Shown here piece after piece: positions 23,044 to 25,283 of a DNA stretch of 25,283 nt. Positions within the stretch are counted from its first letter, which is position 1. The number at the start of each line of letters is the position of its first letter. The stretch is from Octopus sinensis. Lineage: Eukaryota. Below the pieces are notes generated by a model that ran no database searches, was not told where the DNA came from, and worked only from the letters and a program-made list of their open reading frames with translations. The stretch is from contig NW_021836117.1 of assembly GCF_006345805.1 (NCBI RefSeq), forward strand, positions 1 to 25,283, given 5' to 3'. Both the position numbers and the translations under genes were made by a program.

Positions 23044-24713
23044 TCAAAAGGCGTATAGATTGAGGACCCTTATCACAGTGTGTCAATCTTGCCGAGGCTT
23101 TTTCAACTATTTTCAAACAAGATGATGGTCGTGAACCCCCTCCATTTGATAGATCGGTACCTCCAATGCTCCGATTTTCATCACGCACGCGGACGAAGTC
23201 AAACGTGTTATTCAAGGCCTCGATGTCAACAAGGGTCAAGGCCCTGACGGCATAAAACACACAGGTTATCAAAGCGTTGGCTCCGGTCATCTGCGAGCCC
23301 TTAACACGTCTATTCAATATGTCATTGGCGACGGGTGTTATACCTGCGGACTGGAGAGAACAGCGATAATCTGCCCAATTTCGAAGAAAGGGAGCCGCGA
23401 AGGCCCGCTTAACTACCGACCGGTTTCCCTTACATCAATAATCAGCAAGATGTTCGAAACCATCCTTAAGAAAAGTATGAGACTCCACCTCCAAAACCAC
23501 AGCCTCTATCTCTGATTCCCAACACGGCTTCGTGCCGAAGAGATCATGCTTGACCAACTTACTGGTAATGGAAGAATTGGTGACGCGCATCCTGATGATA
23601 GTGATGCTGTTGACATCGTTTTATTGGACTTTGCCAAAGCTTTTGACTCGGTAAACCACCGCCTATTACTTGTCAAGCTTCAAGCATATAGTTCCATCCG
23701 GATATTGTACTTGGGTTGGTGCCTTCCTCTCAGATCGCTCCTTCCAAGTCGAAGTTAATGGTTCGCGGTCCGACGTCTCCAGTGCGAGCTGTGGCGTGCC
23801 GAAGGTTCAGTGCTTGGACCCTTATTGTTCTTAGTCTTCATAAATGACTTGCCCGACGACCTCACGCAACACACCCTTCTATTAGCCGACGATGTCAAAT
23901 TGGTCGCTCCTCGCGGTGATATGGAGGATCTTCGTCGATGCCTCCACCAAATTTGGAGGTGGTCTAACGAATGGGACCTGTGTCTGAACGTGTCAAAGTG
24001 CTGTCATCTGCCTGTTGGCTCTCTCCTGCAACTCAAACTTGATTTCGAGCTGGGCCGTCTGCTTCTGGAGAGGACCGATCAGGTAAAGGACCTGGGTATC
24101 TTGGTGGATTCCTCCATTTCGCCTTCGGCCCAGTGCGTCCATGCTGCCAACAAAGCACGCGGAATTCTGTTCTTGATTCGACGGTCATTCGGAATGCTCA
24201 CAGCAGCCATATTCCTACCAATCTATGTTCCGCTGGTGAGACCCATATTGGAGTACGGGATTCAAGCCTCTTCTCCTTATCTCTTCAAAGACATTCAGCA
24301 TCTCGAAAGAGTCCAGAAGCTGGCTACCCACATGATTGATGGTCTCAAAAATGTGTCCTATGAAGAAAGGCTGAAGACGCTCGACCTTTATTCTCTAGAA
24401 AAACGCCGCCGCTTGGTGATCTCATTCTCGCCTACAACATCATTAGCGGAAAGTGTAACCTCTCGAAAGAGCAGTTCTTCACTCCTGCTCCAGAGCGTCT
24501 GCTGCGGGGTCATTCCGAAAAGCTCTACCTGCGACGATTTCATCTCAATCGAAGGAGAGGAGCTTTCTCCGTCCGGGTTGCGGATCCGTCGAACAAGCTG
24601 CCAGACGAGATGGTGAAGATGCCGACGACCGCTTTGTTCAAAGCCTCCCTTGACCTCAAGTGGCCTGAACTCTTTACATGAACACCACCCTGTACTTAAC
24701 TCCATGTCCCCCT
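23044..24713 (+). mobile_element. 5'-truncated CR1-clade LINE, second copy; its 3' end runs into a tandem array
   Basis: ORF 23810..24616 LGPLLFLVFINDLP..LLADDVKL..YEERLKTLDLYSLEKRRR. Same 5' truncation as 6651-8356; many small indels; lacks the distal 3' UTR and TAAC tail. Confidence 0.9.
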
Positions 24714-25283
24714 AGACGACGCCGTGGTAATCTCATTCTTGCTCACACACATCATTAGCGGAAAGTGTAACCTCTCGAAAGAGCAGTTCTTCACTCCTTC
24801 TCCAGAGCGTCGGCTGCGGGGTCATTCCGAAAAGCTGTACCTGCGACGATTTCATCTCAATCGAAGGAGAGGAGCTTTCTCCGTCCGGGTTGCGGATCCG
24901 TGGAACAAACTGCCAGACGAGATGGTGAAGATGCCGACGACCGCTTTGTTCAAAGCTCCCTTGACTCAAGTGGCCTGAACTCTTTACATGAACACCACCC
25001 TGTACTTAACTCCATGTCCCCCTAGACGACGCCGTGGTAATCTCATTCTTGCTCACAACATCATTAGCGGAAAGTGTAACCTCTCGAAGAGCAGTTCTTC
25101 ACTCCTTCTCCAGAGCGTCGGCTGCGGGGTCATTCCGAAAAGCTGTACCTGCGACGATTTCATCTCAATCGAAGGAGAGGAGCTTTCTCCGTCCGGGTTG
25201 CGGATCCGTCGAACAAGCTGCCAGACGAGATGGTGAAGATGCCGACGACCGCTTTGTTCAAAGCCTCCCTTGACCTCAAGTGG
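24403..25283 (+). repeat. Head-to-tail tandem array of a ~310-bp CR1 3'-end unit (~2.8 copies, runs off the window)
   Basis: The junction tccatgtccccctagacgacgccgtggtaatctc occurs at ~24701-24734 and ~25011-25044, a period of 310. Confidence 0.93.

Larger units (their letters stand above)
20971..24650. repeat. Inverted copy of 6762-10312
   Basis: Block-by-block reverse-complement match, with many 1-2 bp indels toward the right end. Confidence 0.93.

Noticed and set aside
24403-25283. CRISPR-like or telomerase-like array
   Set aside because: Whole-unit 310-bp repeats with no unique spacers and no cas genes; the unit is plainly LINE coding sequence.
1-25283. Firm host identification as octopus
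   Set aside because: Repeat composition is suggestive only; a database search is required.

Overview
Animal (eukaryotic) non-genic DNA with no recognisable cellular gene. Roughly 60% is compound (TATG/TG/TA)n microsatellite. The rest is dead transposon debris: Tc1 DD34E transposase remnants (3 long copies, 4 short fragments), mariner DD34D 3' ends, a Tx1/L1-clade RT fragment (2 copies), a 5'-truncated CR1-clade LINE (2 copies plus a 3' stub) and two unclassified repeats ending in (TGTA)n. The His/Ile/Thr/Tyr and Cys/Val/Met/Tyr ORFs in the track are microsatellite read-throughs. The notable feature is architecture. 10313-24650 is one complete ~14.3 kb unit, and 1-10312 is an inverted, circularly permuted copy of most of it (1-6761 pairs with 10313-17273; 6762-10312 pairs with ~20971-24650). 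The unit contains an older ~4 kb direct duplication with patchy divergence suggestive of gene conversion. The window ends in a ~310-bp tandem array made from the CR1 3' end. An assembly or haplotype artefact cannot be excluded without reads. A cephalopod (octopus-like) host is only a guess from repeat composition. I found no evidence of a new protein-coding system. All counts and identities are from manual alignment and are approximate.
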